From a virus, in IMG/VR virus record IMGVR_UViG_3300031237_000001, positions 4,181 to 68,180 of that record: 64,000 bases of DNA. The stretch is one strand, 5' to 3'. This document shows, in pieces, positions 34,119-42,262 of the stretch. Both the position numbers and the translations under genes were made by a program. The notes beneath the pieces are model-generated. The model saw only the letters and a list, made by a program, of their open reading frames with translations. It made no database searches and was not told the origin of the DNA. Every line of letters starts with the position of its first letter. The first letter of the stretch is position 1.

Positions 34119-35489
34119 TTAGAAGCCGCCGCGACTCTGCTGGGCGAAGGCCGGGTAGAGCATTGACGCGCCGCCTCGTCCTAAAGAGGGAGGCCGCGCT
34201 TGGAACCGGGGCTGGAACGGATTCATGCCGCCGCCTTGCGGCTGAAAGGGACGGACGCCGCCGTAGATACTTTGCAGACCTTGGAGGAGGGAAAGCATGT
34301 CCATGACGCCACCACCGCCGGGCACGCCGCCCGGACTTCCCAGGCCGAAGCCGCCTCCGCCGCCGCCCAGAAGCATCTGGAGAAGACTGCCGATGTCCAA
34401 GCTACCGCCCCCTAGATTCGCCGGGCCGCCGGGGCCACCGAGACTCGCACCGCCGAGGCCGCCTCCTTGCGGAGTAGGAGCAGGAGCCGCCGCCGGTCGT
34501 GCCTGCGCCGCCGGACCGCCGCCGCCCGGTCTACCAGGGCCGCCGGGGCCGAACGCACCCGGACCTTGGTGAAGGCCCGCCTGAGCATAAGCATCGGGCG
34601 CCGGGTTCGCCATAGCTTGGCCACCCGTCAACTGACCGGGGAGCCACGGAGAAAGCGGGCCGCTAACCGTCTGCCCCGGATTCTGCAACTGCTGTTGTTG
34701 TAGACCGGCGGTGAAGAGGCCGGGGTTCGACCTCATCAACTCGGTTGAGTACGACGTACCGACGTTCTGGTAACCCGGTAAGAAGGACTGACCGCGCCGT
34801 CCGAGGACCGGTGGTTGAATACCCTGCGGGCCGTAGATGGAGCCGAGGTCCGTGGGGCCGCCTAGGTTGCGACCCGACTGAGGATCGAACGGAGCCAAGC
34901 CGGTGAAGTCCACCATGGAAGCGCCCGGCTCCCACTTCTGCTGCCCACCGAACCAGTCCATGAAAGCCTGGAAAGGATTGCCTTGAGCCTGTGCAGACGG
35001 GGCGACCATTTGGCCGCCCGGATTCATCGCCGCCTGCCTGGACCGCGCTGGCAGGTTCATCGTCGCAGACGGCTGTTCGGCCGGTGCGCCACCGCCCGGG
35101 TTGTACCCGCCGCCGTACAGACCTCTACCCTGCATCGTCGCCAGGATGTTCGTCCCGGCGCCGAAGGTGTCAGGAGCCATGTCGCGCAGCATCGTGGAGA
35201 AGCCTGCTGGATTCGCCCGCGATGCCGAACCGGCGCCCCAGTCCCGCCCCGCTTCTCCGGGCATCCACAGACCGCCGCCCGCCGCGCCCGCTAGAGGATC
35301 AGCCTGCCAGGAGCCCTCCCAGCCTCGAACCGCCGCGCCAGTCGGATCTGTGTAGGTCTGCGTACCATAGGTCTGTTCGCGCCGCGCCTGACGGTCCTCC
35401 TCGGTCGTGCCCGGAGCCTCGCCGCCGTCGCCCGCGCCTCGGTATGCCTCTTGCTCCGCCGCCGTCCAGAAACCGTTCTCGTCAGGCAT
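34119..35489 (-). CDS. G/P/Q-rich low-complexity protein
   Basis: 456 aa ORF, SD GGAG, strongly biased composition. Confidence 0.65.
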   Translation of the reverse strand: MPDENGFWTAAEQEAYRGAGDGGEAPGTTEEDRQARREQTYGTQTYTDPTGAAVRGWEGSWQADPLAGAAGGGLWMPGEAGRDWGAGSASRANPAGFSTMLRDMAPDTFGAGTNILATMQGRGLYGGGYNPGGGAPAEQPSATMNLPARSRQAAMNPGGQMVAPSAQAQGNPFQAFMDWFGGQQKWEPGASMVDFTGLAPFDPQSGRNLGGPTDLGSIYGPQGIQPPVLGRRGQSFLPGYQNVGTSYSTELMRSNPGLFTAGLQQQQLQNPGQTVSGPLSPWLPGQLTGGQAMANPAPDAYAQAGLHQGPGAFGPGGPGRPGGGGPAAQARPAAAPAPTPQGGGLGGASLGGPGGPANLGGGSLDIGSLLQMLLGGGGGGFGLGSPGGVPGGGGVMDMLSLLQGLQSIYGGVRPFQPQGGGMNPFQPRFQARPPSLGRGGASMLYPAFAQQSRGGF

Positions 35490-35507
35490 CTTACATGTCT
35501 CCTCTGC

Positions 35508-35741
35508 TTACTTCATCACTGGCTTCGCCCTAGGGATCGCCAGCTCATCAGCCTGCCTCTTCTGCCGGGCCTTCACCTCATCCGCGTAGTTCTGCGCCCG
35601 TTTCTTCGCTGCTTGATAGTCAGCCGGGCTTGGGGCGGGTGACGCCGCGGACTTCTTGCCCTGACCGGCGGCCGCTTTCAACGCAGCTGAGCCGAAGAGG
35701 AAGTCCCCGAGTTTATCCCAAGCAGACCTCTCCTCGGCCAT
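35508..35741 (-). CDS. small hypothetical protein
   Basis: Operon context. Confidence 0.55.
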   Translation of the reverse strand: MAEERSAWDKLGDFLFGSAALKAAAGQGKKSAASPAPSPADYQAAKKRAQNYADEVKARQKRQADELAIPRAKPVMK

Positions 35742-35742
35742 G

Positions 35743-36171
35743 CTAGTCCGCCTTCTTCTTCGCCAGGTTCATCAAGTCCACGGCGGTCGAGTAGGTACCG
35801 AAGCGCTTGATGTACTCCACGTCGAAGGCTTGGAAGTTGCCCGTTCCCACGTGCTTCGCCAGCATGTAGACGCGGGGATGGACACCCACGCTACCCTGGA
35901 AGCTGCCCTTACTCACAGCGAAGACGAACTCGAAGTCGCCGATCTTAACCTTGTCGGGATTCAGGCCCCACGTCTCGAAGCGGGCCAGAGCCTTGCCTAG
36001 GTCTCCAACGATCTCGGGCGCAGCGTCGGCGGGCAGAATCTTCGCGCCCTTTGTCAGGTGGTACTCAACGTCACTGAGCGTAATGGGCGGCGCGGCGTAG
36101 ACCGCCGGGGCCGCGCAGAGAACCAGCGCTATCAGAAGCGCCGTTAGACTTCGGTAGATTTTCGTTTTCAC
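35743..36171 (-). CDS. predicted secreted protein
   Basis: Signal peptide MKTKIYRSLTALLIALVLCAAPAVYA; SD AGGAGG. Confidence 0.65.
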   Translation of the reverse strand: MKTKIYRSLTALLIALVLCAAPAVYAAPPITLSDVEYHLTKGAKILPADAAPEIVGDLGKALARFETWGLNPDKVKIGDFEFVFAVSKGSFQGSVGVHPRVYMLAKHVGTGNFQAFDVEYIKRFGTYSTAVDLMNLAKKKAD

Positions 36172-36222
36172 TGTCTCTCCTCCTGGACTGCGACGGGTGA
36201 ACCACCCGCCTTTACATCCTCG

Positions 36223-36384
36223 TCACTTCTTTCGTTTCGTGCTCAGTTCCCTCTGGCCCGCCTCGTGCTTGCGGGCGTTTTCCGTCGCGTAAAACACGCG
36301 CTTGGCCTTCTCCGTCCCGTACTGCTTTTGCATCGAGGCCATCACCTTCTCGCCGTGACCTTTGAAATGTTCTGACAGCGGCAC
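36223..36384 (-). CDS. small basic phage protein
   Basis: MPLSEHFKGHGEKVMASMQKQYGTEKAKRVFYAT..., a recurring M.KQYG...VFYA phage pattern. Confidence 0.6.
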   Translation of the reverse strand: MPLSEHFKGHGEKVMASMQKQYGTEKAKRVFYATENARKHEAGQRELSTKRKK

Positions 36385-36387
36385 GGG

Positions 36388-36558
36388 TTAATCTCCGTCT
36401 ACACACTCGACATCGACCACGTCGGAGAAGACCGTCTCCATCGGGGCCGGCCCGCCCCACAAGCCGTACTCCCTGAACTCCTTTTCCTCTTCGCTCTGCT
36501 CGGCCTTGACGCGGGCGTCCGGGTCATACGGGCCGAAACTCATAAGTCTAACGTGCAT
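36388..36558 (-). CDS. small acidic protein
   Basis: SD GAGG, upstream -10 motif. Confidence 0.45.
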   Translation of the reverse strand: MHVRLMSFGPYDPDARVKAEQSEEEKEFREYGLWGGPAPMETVFSDVVDVECVDGD

Positions 36559-36624
36559 AGACGGAACCTCTCCACCCCATTTTATCGTCGTCCCTCTACC
36601 CGACCGTTTCTACGTAAAAAAGCC

Positions 36625-36653
36625 TTGACTTCTCCTCGGGGACCTGCTAACAT
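36625..36653 (+). promoter_or_regulatory. sigma70-type promoter, antisense to the late arm
   Basis: A-tract, TTGACT-17 bp-TAACAT with extended TG. Confidence 0.75.
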
Positions 36654-36659
36654 GACTTT

Positions 36660-37031
36660 ATGAGCAGACGGTTCGCGCCCTCGGTGGCTCCGCTTCCCAA
36701 CCCTAACCTTGGCCACCGAGGGTCTGCTCATCGTTACGATGCGCGACCAAAGGATGAAGGGGGCCAGCCGAGGGACGCCGGCGGCGACCCCGCCGGAACC
36801 GCGGAGATACTGGCCTATGTCCGCCCGTCGGCAGCCCCCTTCACAAGTTGCAGGACCGAACCGCCTAGCGTGGACGTAGGCCCTGCTCAGAAGCTGTGCG
36901 ATGATCTAAGCCGCCTTTAGGGGGTAGGAGAAGATGCCGTCAGTTGTTGCTTGGGGCCGTCTTGGTCCCCGCTTGCAAGGAGCGACACAATGCGCGGCTA
37001 TGCAGGTTCGAGTCCTGCTCGCACAGTTCCA
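36660..37031 (+). ncRNA. structured RNA ending in a tRNA-like module with CCA
   Basis: Long hairpins at 36660-36731 and about 36755-36843; acceptor-like GCTGTGCGA(36893-36901)/TCGCACAGT(37019-37027), T-arm GCAGG-TTCGAGT-CCTGC, then T-CCA. Confidence 0.7.
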
Positions 37032-37034
37032 TTT

Positions 37035-37787
37035 CTAAGCCATCAGTAAGGAGTTCGGGGAGTAGATGGAGGACCCGGTCGGCCCGGCCAAGGCTTCCCT
37101 CGGGGCGATAGCCGGGGCGCCCAACTCTAAGCCCTCAGCCGACGCCATCCCGGCGATTCGCTCCAGGCACAGGGCTAGTTGACCTGTGTACTGCGACCCC
37201 TGACCCTTGACGTGGATGACTTGACCCGCCCGAGGGTCCCCGGCGATCTGCCATGCGGCCCACTTGAGGGCCTCGACCCAAACGTCGAAGTAGATGTCGT
37301 CGAAGGGCAGGGCGGTTGACAGGAGCGTCGAGGCGAGTACCTTCGTCGGCCTCTTCTTGTACGTGCCCTGAACGATGTACGTGGAGCACGCCGCGTTCGA
37401 TGGGACGCGGGGATAGACGCGGAAGGCCCGCCGTGCCCGCTCGTACCCGATGGCGTGGGGCATCGCTCGAACGTGCGTCTCTCTCAAGTCCTGGATGACG
37501 GAGAGATCGAAGCGAGCCGGCGGGTCCGAGTTCAGTAGTAGTAGGGCGGCCAGTCTCAGCCCGTAGAAGTCGGCCGGTACGCTCACCGCGGGCGGCCCGT
37601 GATCCTGTTCATCGGGGATGAGGTAGAAGGGCGGTAGGGAAGCCAGCGTCTCGCGCCAGTCGAAGGACATCCAGATCAGGTTCGTCGCCATGTTCGCTAT
37701 CGCCGCGGCGAACTCGTCCTCCACGTTCCGGTTGAGCTGCTTCGCCGCGATCTGAATAGCATCCTGATACTTGTACGTCGCCGCCAT
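37035..37787 (-). CDS. head-tail adaptor / tail tubular A-like protein, paralog 2
   Basis: W...W, P.DF..L, R..P.P, GTYKK, DPRAG.V...GQ motifs shared with 38730..39443. Confidence 0.6.
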   Translation of the reverse strand: MAATYKYQDAIQIAAKQLNRNVEDEFAAAIANMATNLIWMSFDWRETLASLPPFYLIPDEQDHGPPAVSVPADFYGLRLAALLLLNSDPPARFDLSVIQDLRETHVRAMPHAIGYERARRAFRVYPRVPSNAACSTYIVQGTYKKRPTKVLASTLLSTALPFDDIYFDVWVEALKWAAWQIAGDPRAGQVIHVKGQGSQYTGQLALCLERIAGMASAEGLELGAPAIAPREALAGPTGSSIYSPNSLLMA

Positions 37788-38282
37788 TTACTCCACGATT
37801 CCTTTCAACAGGCCGAGAAGTGTACCGACGCCCTCTTCCTTACCAAGCTGCTTCTCTGTCCGGCGCGACCACGTCCACTTCTTGACGGCCTGCTTGAGAG
37901 ACTCGGTCTCCTCGGTCAGCTCCTTGGCCGACTTCACTTCGACGCCGCGTCCTCGCAAGACCTTCGACAGGGCTATCGTCTCGGTGATCTGCCCGCCCAG
38001 GTTCGGTAGAGAAGCCTTCTCCTTCTGAACCTCCTCTAGGAAGTCCTTCAAGCCTCGGGCCGAGTCCCACGGTCGCGGCGCCCGTTTCATCTTTACCGAT
38101 GCTAGCACAGGTAACAGGGCGCCTGCAATCGGCAGGTAGTCCAGGAGCTGCTCCGTTATAGCACCGCCGAAGAGGGCGCCAGGAGACGCGGCGATCTCCG
38201 GTCTCAGGGCCTGGGACTGGGCGGCGGCGTCCAGGTCGGCCTGCGTCTTCGGGGGCCACGTAGCTTGAGGGGCGACTGCCAT
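37788..38282 (-). CDS. hypothetical protein
   Basis: ORF abutting the adaptor; upstream TGTAAACT -10-like box. Confidence 0.55.
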   Translation of the reverse strand: MAVAPQATWPPKTQADLDAAAQSQALRPEIAASPGALFGGAITEQLLDYLPIAGALLPVLASVKMKRAPRPWDSARGLKDFLEEVQKEKASLPNLGGQITETIALSKVLRGRGVEVKSAKELTEETESLKQAVKKWTWSRRTEKQLGKEEGVGTLLGLLKGIVE

Positions 38283-38300
38283 CTCACCTTCAGTTTACAC

Positions 38301-38330
38301 TTGACAGGGGCCGAAGACATCCGTTAGAAT
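38301..38330 (+). promoter_or_regulatory. sigma70-type promoter, antisense to the late arm
   Basis: TTGACA-18 bp-TAGAAT, ATG 7 nt downstream. Confidence 0.75.
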
Positions 38331-38337
38331 AGAGGAC

Positions 38338-38733
38338 ATGAGCTTAGAAAGATGGATTCACTTCCAACCCGCCTTCGACAAGAGAAGTTCAGATCCCAAC
38401 AAAAGCTACGGTATACACGGCGTTGACATGACGTGGTACGTTCGTGGTTCGGAAGGGGCGGTGCAATGGAAGGTCTACACACACTGGCACTGGCTGAAAA
38501 TGTCAATACAAGAACCAATGACGGTAGATCTGGGTTACCATTCTTATAAGCCTCGTTATGAAGGGCAGGACTGCATTACCGAATCCTGCGAGATTTTGTA
38601 CGGAAAGCCCTGTTACTACGATGGTTCTTCATTGAATGCGGAACCTGTGTTTAAGATCCTTTTGGAAAAGGGTAGCGATGCGGTCTGGGAACACTTAGAG
38701 GGGTTTTACCGCTCGGTCTTCTCTGAAGGCTAA
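38338..38733 (+). CDS. hypothetical protein (moron-like, lower GC)
   Basis: Own promoter; GAVQW, DLGYHS..P.YEG, C...G..CYYDGS.L.A motifs. Confidence 0.75.
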   Translation: MSLERWIHFQPAFDKRSSDPNKSYGIHGVDMTWYVRGSEGAVQWKVYTHWHWLKMSIQEPMTVDLGYHSYKPRYEGQDCITESCEILYGKPCYYDGSSLNAEPVFKILLEKGSDAVWEHLEGFYRSVFSEG

Positions 38734-39443
38734 CGACGGTCGCTCTGCGCCTCGGGAGCCGTCCGCGTCGAGAACAGCGGCATCTTCTCCCGTTCCCGCA
38801 TGATCTGCAACGCAGCCTCGAACTGCGCCCGCTGCCCTGAGAAACTGTACCTGTTACCGTCCACCTTCACGTCGCCGGCCCGCGGGTCGTCCGCGTACTT
38901 GTACGCATAGTAGAGGACGCCCTCTTCATAAACCCAGGCCCACTCGTCGTTGAAGCCGAGGAGGCCCTGCGTCGAGGAGTTCGCCCGGGTCACCGTCGTC
39001 GCCGCCTTCTTGTACGTCCCCAAGAGCTTCGTCGTCCCCGAGGACAGAGCGCCGGGCTTCGGTTGCAACCGCAGGACCCCGGCCTGTCCGGGTGTCCCAG
39101 TAACCGCAACCTTCGACGGGTTGCCGACGATGCCTACGTCCGTGTGGAGGAACTCCTCTACGTCGAGCCCTCTGACCGTCTGCTCCGAGCCGCTATCGGT
39201 CGTCACGATGTAGGCGTCGAGCAGGTAGAGGAAGTCGGACGGTAGGCTAGGCGCATAATCCTGAGTATTGGCGAGGACGGTCACAGAGGGGAACGCGCCG
39301 ACCGTCCAGCGCCACGGAGCGGCCATCCACATGACCTTGTGCGCCGAGTCGAGGATGCGGGCGTCCACGTCCTCTAGCGGCATGTTCTTTACGAACGTCT
39401 TCGCGTAGTCGAAGGCTTCGATAGGTCGGTAGATAGTAGCCAT
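38730..39443 (-). CDS. head-tail adaptor / tail tubular A-like protein, paralog 1
   Basis: PWRWT, Y..SLPSDF, G.P, LRLQPKP, DPRAG; synteny. Confidence 0.65.
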   Translation of the reverse strand: MATIYRPIEAFDYAKTFVKNMPLEDVDARILDSAHKVMWMAAPWRWTVGAFPSVTVLANTQDYAPSLPSDFLYLLDAYIVTTDSGSEQTVRGLDVEEFLHTDVGIVGNPSKVAVTGTPGQAGVLRLQPKPGALSSGTTKLLGTYKKAATTVTRANSSTQGLLGFNDEWAWVYEEGVLYYAYKYADDPRAGDVKVDGNRYSFSGQRAQFEAALQIMREREKMPLFSTRTAPEAQSDRR

Positions 39444-39446
39444 GGG

Positions 39447-39653
39447 CTAGCTCGTCGCCGTCCATAATGGCGTCCAGGGGGTGTTCCAAGGATTCGTGCC
39501 GCCTGGATAAGCCGGGTATGGTTGCTGCCAAATCGGCGGGTAGGAGATGAACGGGAACCAAGGAGGGCGGCCACACGTTTTACACGTGCCGCAGTACGGG
39601 CACACGTGCGGATCGTTCTGCTCCAGCTTGCCAGTTGTACTTTCGTTAAGCAC
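39447..39653 (-). CDS. small Cys/Pro/Trp-rich protein
   Basis: CPYCGTCKTCGR followed by a P/W-rich tail. Confidence 0.55.
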   Translation of the reverse strand: MLNESTTGKLEQNDPHVCPYCGTCKTCGRPPWFPFISYPPIWQQPYPAYPGGTNPWNTPWTPLWTATS

Positions 39654-40031
39654 CTAGATCGGGCCTCCTACGAGCTGCGGGTCCGGCCGCAGATGCTGTG
39701 GAGTTTCCTGACTGGTAAACTCTTTCGCGCAATAGGCGCAGATAAAGTGTTCATCGCGGTGATGGTCCCTCTGCCCCGCCAGCGCCGTGCGCATACTGGG
39801 CTTGATGTGCATACAGGCGGCCTGTGCGGCGATGATGCCGGCCCGGTCCTTCGCGGCAGCCTCGGCGTTCATCCGCTTGAACGCGATCATCTGCTCCTTC
39901 TGCTCATTCTCCCGGTCCTGCTCCTTCTTGGCGCGGGAGATATTCAACCGGGCCTGCTCGATTTGCAGACGCATGTACTCGTCTTGCAGGTTCTCCCCCG
40001 GCAGACCGGGCATCTTTTCAACAGCCGCCAT
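39654..40031 (-). CDS. coiled-coil plus zinc-binding protein
   Basis: CxH ... CxxC; SD GAGGAG. Confidence 0.65.
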   Translation of the reverse strand: MAAVEKMPGLPGENLQDEYMRLQIEQARLNISRAKKEQDRENEQKEQMIAFKRMNAEAAAKDRAGIIAAQAACMHIKPSMRTALAGQRDHHRDEHFICAYCAKEFTSQETPQHLRPDPQLVGGPI

Positions 40032-40188
40032 GTATGCTCTCCTCTTTGTAAACTGCTTTGAAACAGACCTCGTGCATGAGACCCTTTATAAGAATCCCAC
40101 TTTTTGCGTCGATCCTCTCCTGTTCTTCTTGACTGATAGGTTCCCTGCACCAGGAGCAGATAGTCAACCGTTGGTCTGCGTCGTTCAC
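40018..40188 (-). CDS. small zinc-finger protein
   Basis: MNDADQRLTICSWCREPI...MHEVCF, translated by hand; SD GAGG. Confidence 0.5.
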   Translation of the reverse strand: MNDADQRLTICSWCREPISQEEQERIDAKSGILIKGLMHEVCFKAVYKEESIHGGC

Positions 40189-40210
40189 TAGGTCCTCACG
40201 ACCTCCACGT

Positions 40211-40588
40211 CTATTTTACCGCACGACTTTTCTCGTAAAGCCGCCAGAACTGCGCGGTCATCTTCTCCACAGCCTGGGCAAGCTTCTCCTCGCCGCGTTT
40301 GGTGAGGACGCGGACCTTACGCCTGGCGGCCCACGTCATGCCGGCATGGACCATTTCGTGCGTCACAATACCGGGCACGACGCTTCGGGGAGCGAAGAAG
40401 ATCTGTCCGAGTTCGGGTCCGTCAGCGCACCAGGATACAACGATGGCTCGAAAGTCCATTCTGCGCAGGTTCGTCAGAGCATGATAGAAACGGAACATCT
40501 TGTGCTCCGAACGAAACAAGCGCACGGTAAAGTAGCTCTTTTGACGGCGACCTTCGGGATAGACGCGGAAGTGAAGGGGCGTGGACAT
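40211..40588 (-). CDS. HExxH metallopeptidase-like small protein
   Basis: IVTHEMVHAG ... EEKLA. Confidence 0.6.
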   Translation of the reverse strand: MSTPLHFRVYPEGRRQKSYFTVRLFRSEHKMFRFYHALTNLRRMDFRAIVVSWCADGPELGQIFFAPRSVVPGIVTHEMVHAGMTWAARRKVRVLTKRGEEKLAQAVEKMTAQFWRLYEKSRAVK

Positions 40589-40606
40589 CTACCTTGGCCG
40601 TGTGAC

Positions 40607-41248
40607 CTACCAGGGCCGTGTGAAAGGACGCCGTCCCGTATTCTGAGCCCACTCCGGAGAATTGTCGGGGCCGTAGAAGTGCTTCTCGGCGTCGGGTATA
40701 CGGACGATGCCGTCGGCGATCAACTGGAGGAGGATGGAACGCCAGCCTTTCATCCACGGCCGCCACGGCTGCTCCACCCGTTTGAATCCCGGCCGCAGGT
40801 CACGAGGGTCCCAGATGTACCCGTGCCCCGGCTTGAACTCGTAGTGCGGCAGGTCAGAGCGGTGCAGGACCTTCTGGGACAGGTCCGGTACATCCTCGAC
40901 CTTGCGAGTCATCGGACTTCTCTCCGGCATGATGTCGGCGTGGTAGAGCGTCGCCCAACGGACTTGACCGTCCGCGTCTCGAAGGGACATGCGGTTGAAG
41001 CGGTAACCGGGGACGATCACAGTGAACTCAACCTGCGGTAGGAGCCGTCTCATCCGACGCTCGAACTCCGCCGCGGTCATCATCCGTCCCATACGGCGCG
41101 GCGTATTCGTCGGGTCCGTTTCCTCGTCGAGTAGGTACTGTGAGTTGACCGTCTCCATCTTTAACCAGTTAGAGACCTGCTCCTCGTGCTCCCTGACCCG
41201 CTTTTCTTCGGCGAGCCGTTCAACCGCTGCGCTGTCCAGAGTTAGCAT
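40607..41248 (-). CDS. hypothetical virion-region protein
   Basis: 214-codon ORF, SD GAGG. Confidence 0.65.
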   Translation of the reverse strand: MLTLDSAAVERLAEEKRVREHEEQVSNWLKMETVNSQYLLDEETDPTNTPRRMGRMMTAAEFERRMRRLLPQVEFTVIVPGYRFNRMSLRDADGQVRWATLYHADIMPERSPMTRKVEDVPDLSQKVLHRSDLPHYEFKPGHGYIWDPRDLRPGFKRVEQPWRPWMKGWRSILLQLIADGIVRIPDAEKHFYGPDNSPEWAQNTGRRPFTRPW

Positions 41249-41324
41249 ACGACCTCTATAAGTAAGGCGATGACGGCTCCGACGAGGAGAATCCAAGGGA
41301 CGACAGGGTCAAGTAAAACGCGGG

Positions 41325-41579
41325 TCATCGACCCCTCTGGGACATCTTCTCCAACGCCGCCTCGATCTTCTCCAGCCGTTTATCCACGATGCGCCATCGC
41401 TCCTCGCTTACCGCATGGTTCGCCGTTATCTCGACCAACTTCGCTTGCAGCCGCTCATTGGTAAACGTCGAGTAGAGAAGCAAGGCGGCGACGACAGAGG
41501 CAATCAACTTCATGGCCCACGGCCCGAAGGCGGTCGGATTCTGTTCGGTGGGCGACGTAGATGTGATGAGATCGGGCAT
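41325..41579 (-). CDS. membrane protein with coiled coil (holin/spanin-like candidate)
   Basis: One TM segment plus VDKRLEKIE coil. Confidence 0.45.
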   Translation of the reverse strand: MPDLITSTSPTEQNPTAFGPWAMKLIASVVAALLLYSTFTNERLQAKLVEITANHAVSEERWRIVDKRLEKIEAALEKMSQRGR

Positions 41580-41584
41580 AGGCT

Positions 41585-41995
41585 CTATACAGTAGCGTCG
41601 GGCGAAGGCGGCGCGGCGCCGACGGACGGGGAAGTCAGCGTCGGAGTCGGTGGAGTGAACGGGTCGGTCGTCACGGTGAACTGAGCGGACGGCCCGTTGA
41701 TCTGCCTGTCCGTCGAGTCGTACCAGTAAGCGACGTAGCGTGTATTCGGCGGGCTCAGGTCCTCGTTGTAGAAGAGGGCCGCTTCCGTGTGGTACTTGCC
41801 CGCCTTAATCGGGACGCGGGCGAAGTTCGGCACTCTCTGCTGCGGCTGAAAACCCTTGACGGAGATGTTCGCGTAGTTCACGCCGCCGACCGTAGGCGGC
41901 ACGAGGACGGCTAGGAGGTAGCCTTCAAACGTCTCGCCTGTGGACCACGCGAGCGTCGGCGTCTGTGAGAACTTCCCTTGACGCGGAAGGGCCAT
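41585..41995 (-). CDS. hypothetical structural protein
   Basis: Beta-rich with N.DL.P.NT.Y motif; SD AAGGAG. Confidence 0.6.
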   Translation of the reverse strand: MALPRQGKFSQTPTLAWSTGETFEGYLLAVLVPPTVGGVNYANISVKGFQPQQRVPNFARVPIKAGKYHTEAALFYNEDLSPPNTRYVAYWYDSTDRQINGPSAQFTVTTDPFTPPTPTLTSPSVGAAPPSPDATV

Positions 41996-42154
41996 CTACT
42001 TCGCTCCTTTCAAGGGGGCCATGACCTTATCGACGAAGGCGTACCAGTCGCGCCACGCCTGCACGCGGTTCTCCTTGGGGATGTCCGTCAAGATGATCTC
42101 GAAGATTCGCAGGCCGGTGTTCACGGCCTGTAGAGCCAAAGTTAACGGGTCCAC
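41996..42154 (-). CDS. small hypothetical protein
   Basis: MDPLTLALQAVNTGLRIFEII...; SD GAGG. Confidence 0.5.
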   Translation of the reverse strand: MDPLTLALQAVNTGLRIFEIILTDIPKENRVQAWRDWYAFVDKVMAPLKGAK

Positions 42155-42201
42155 CAGTTACGTCCTCAAGACCAGTTTAGCATCCATGCAGTGACGGTCC
42201 A

Positions 42202-42241
42202 GAAACAGGAAAGGCGGGGCAGCCGAAGCTGCGCCCGCCTT
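42202..42241 (-). terminator. intrinsic terminator after the capsid gene
   Basis: GC-rich stem with cTTCGg loop followed by TTTCCTGTTT on the - strand. Confidence 0.7.
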
Positions 42242-42262
42242 ACCCAGCCTTTCGCCAAACGT

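Noticed and set aside
36696-36710. Telomerase-template-like CAACCCTAACC loop, with GGTTAGG at about 61756
   Set aside because: Short match, no reverse transcriptase in the window; most likely chance.
36660-36920. 86 aa ORF directly after the promoter
   Set aside because: Composition is not protein-like and the region is explained by long near-perfect helices; a leaderless peptide cannot be fully excluded.
36893-37031. Canonical tRNA or tmRNA gene
   Set aside because: No D stem, no 7 nt anticodon loop, no G3-U70 pair or tag ORF; reported as a tRNA-like ncRNA instead.
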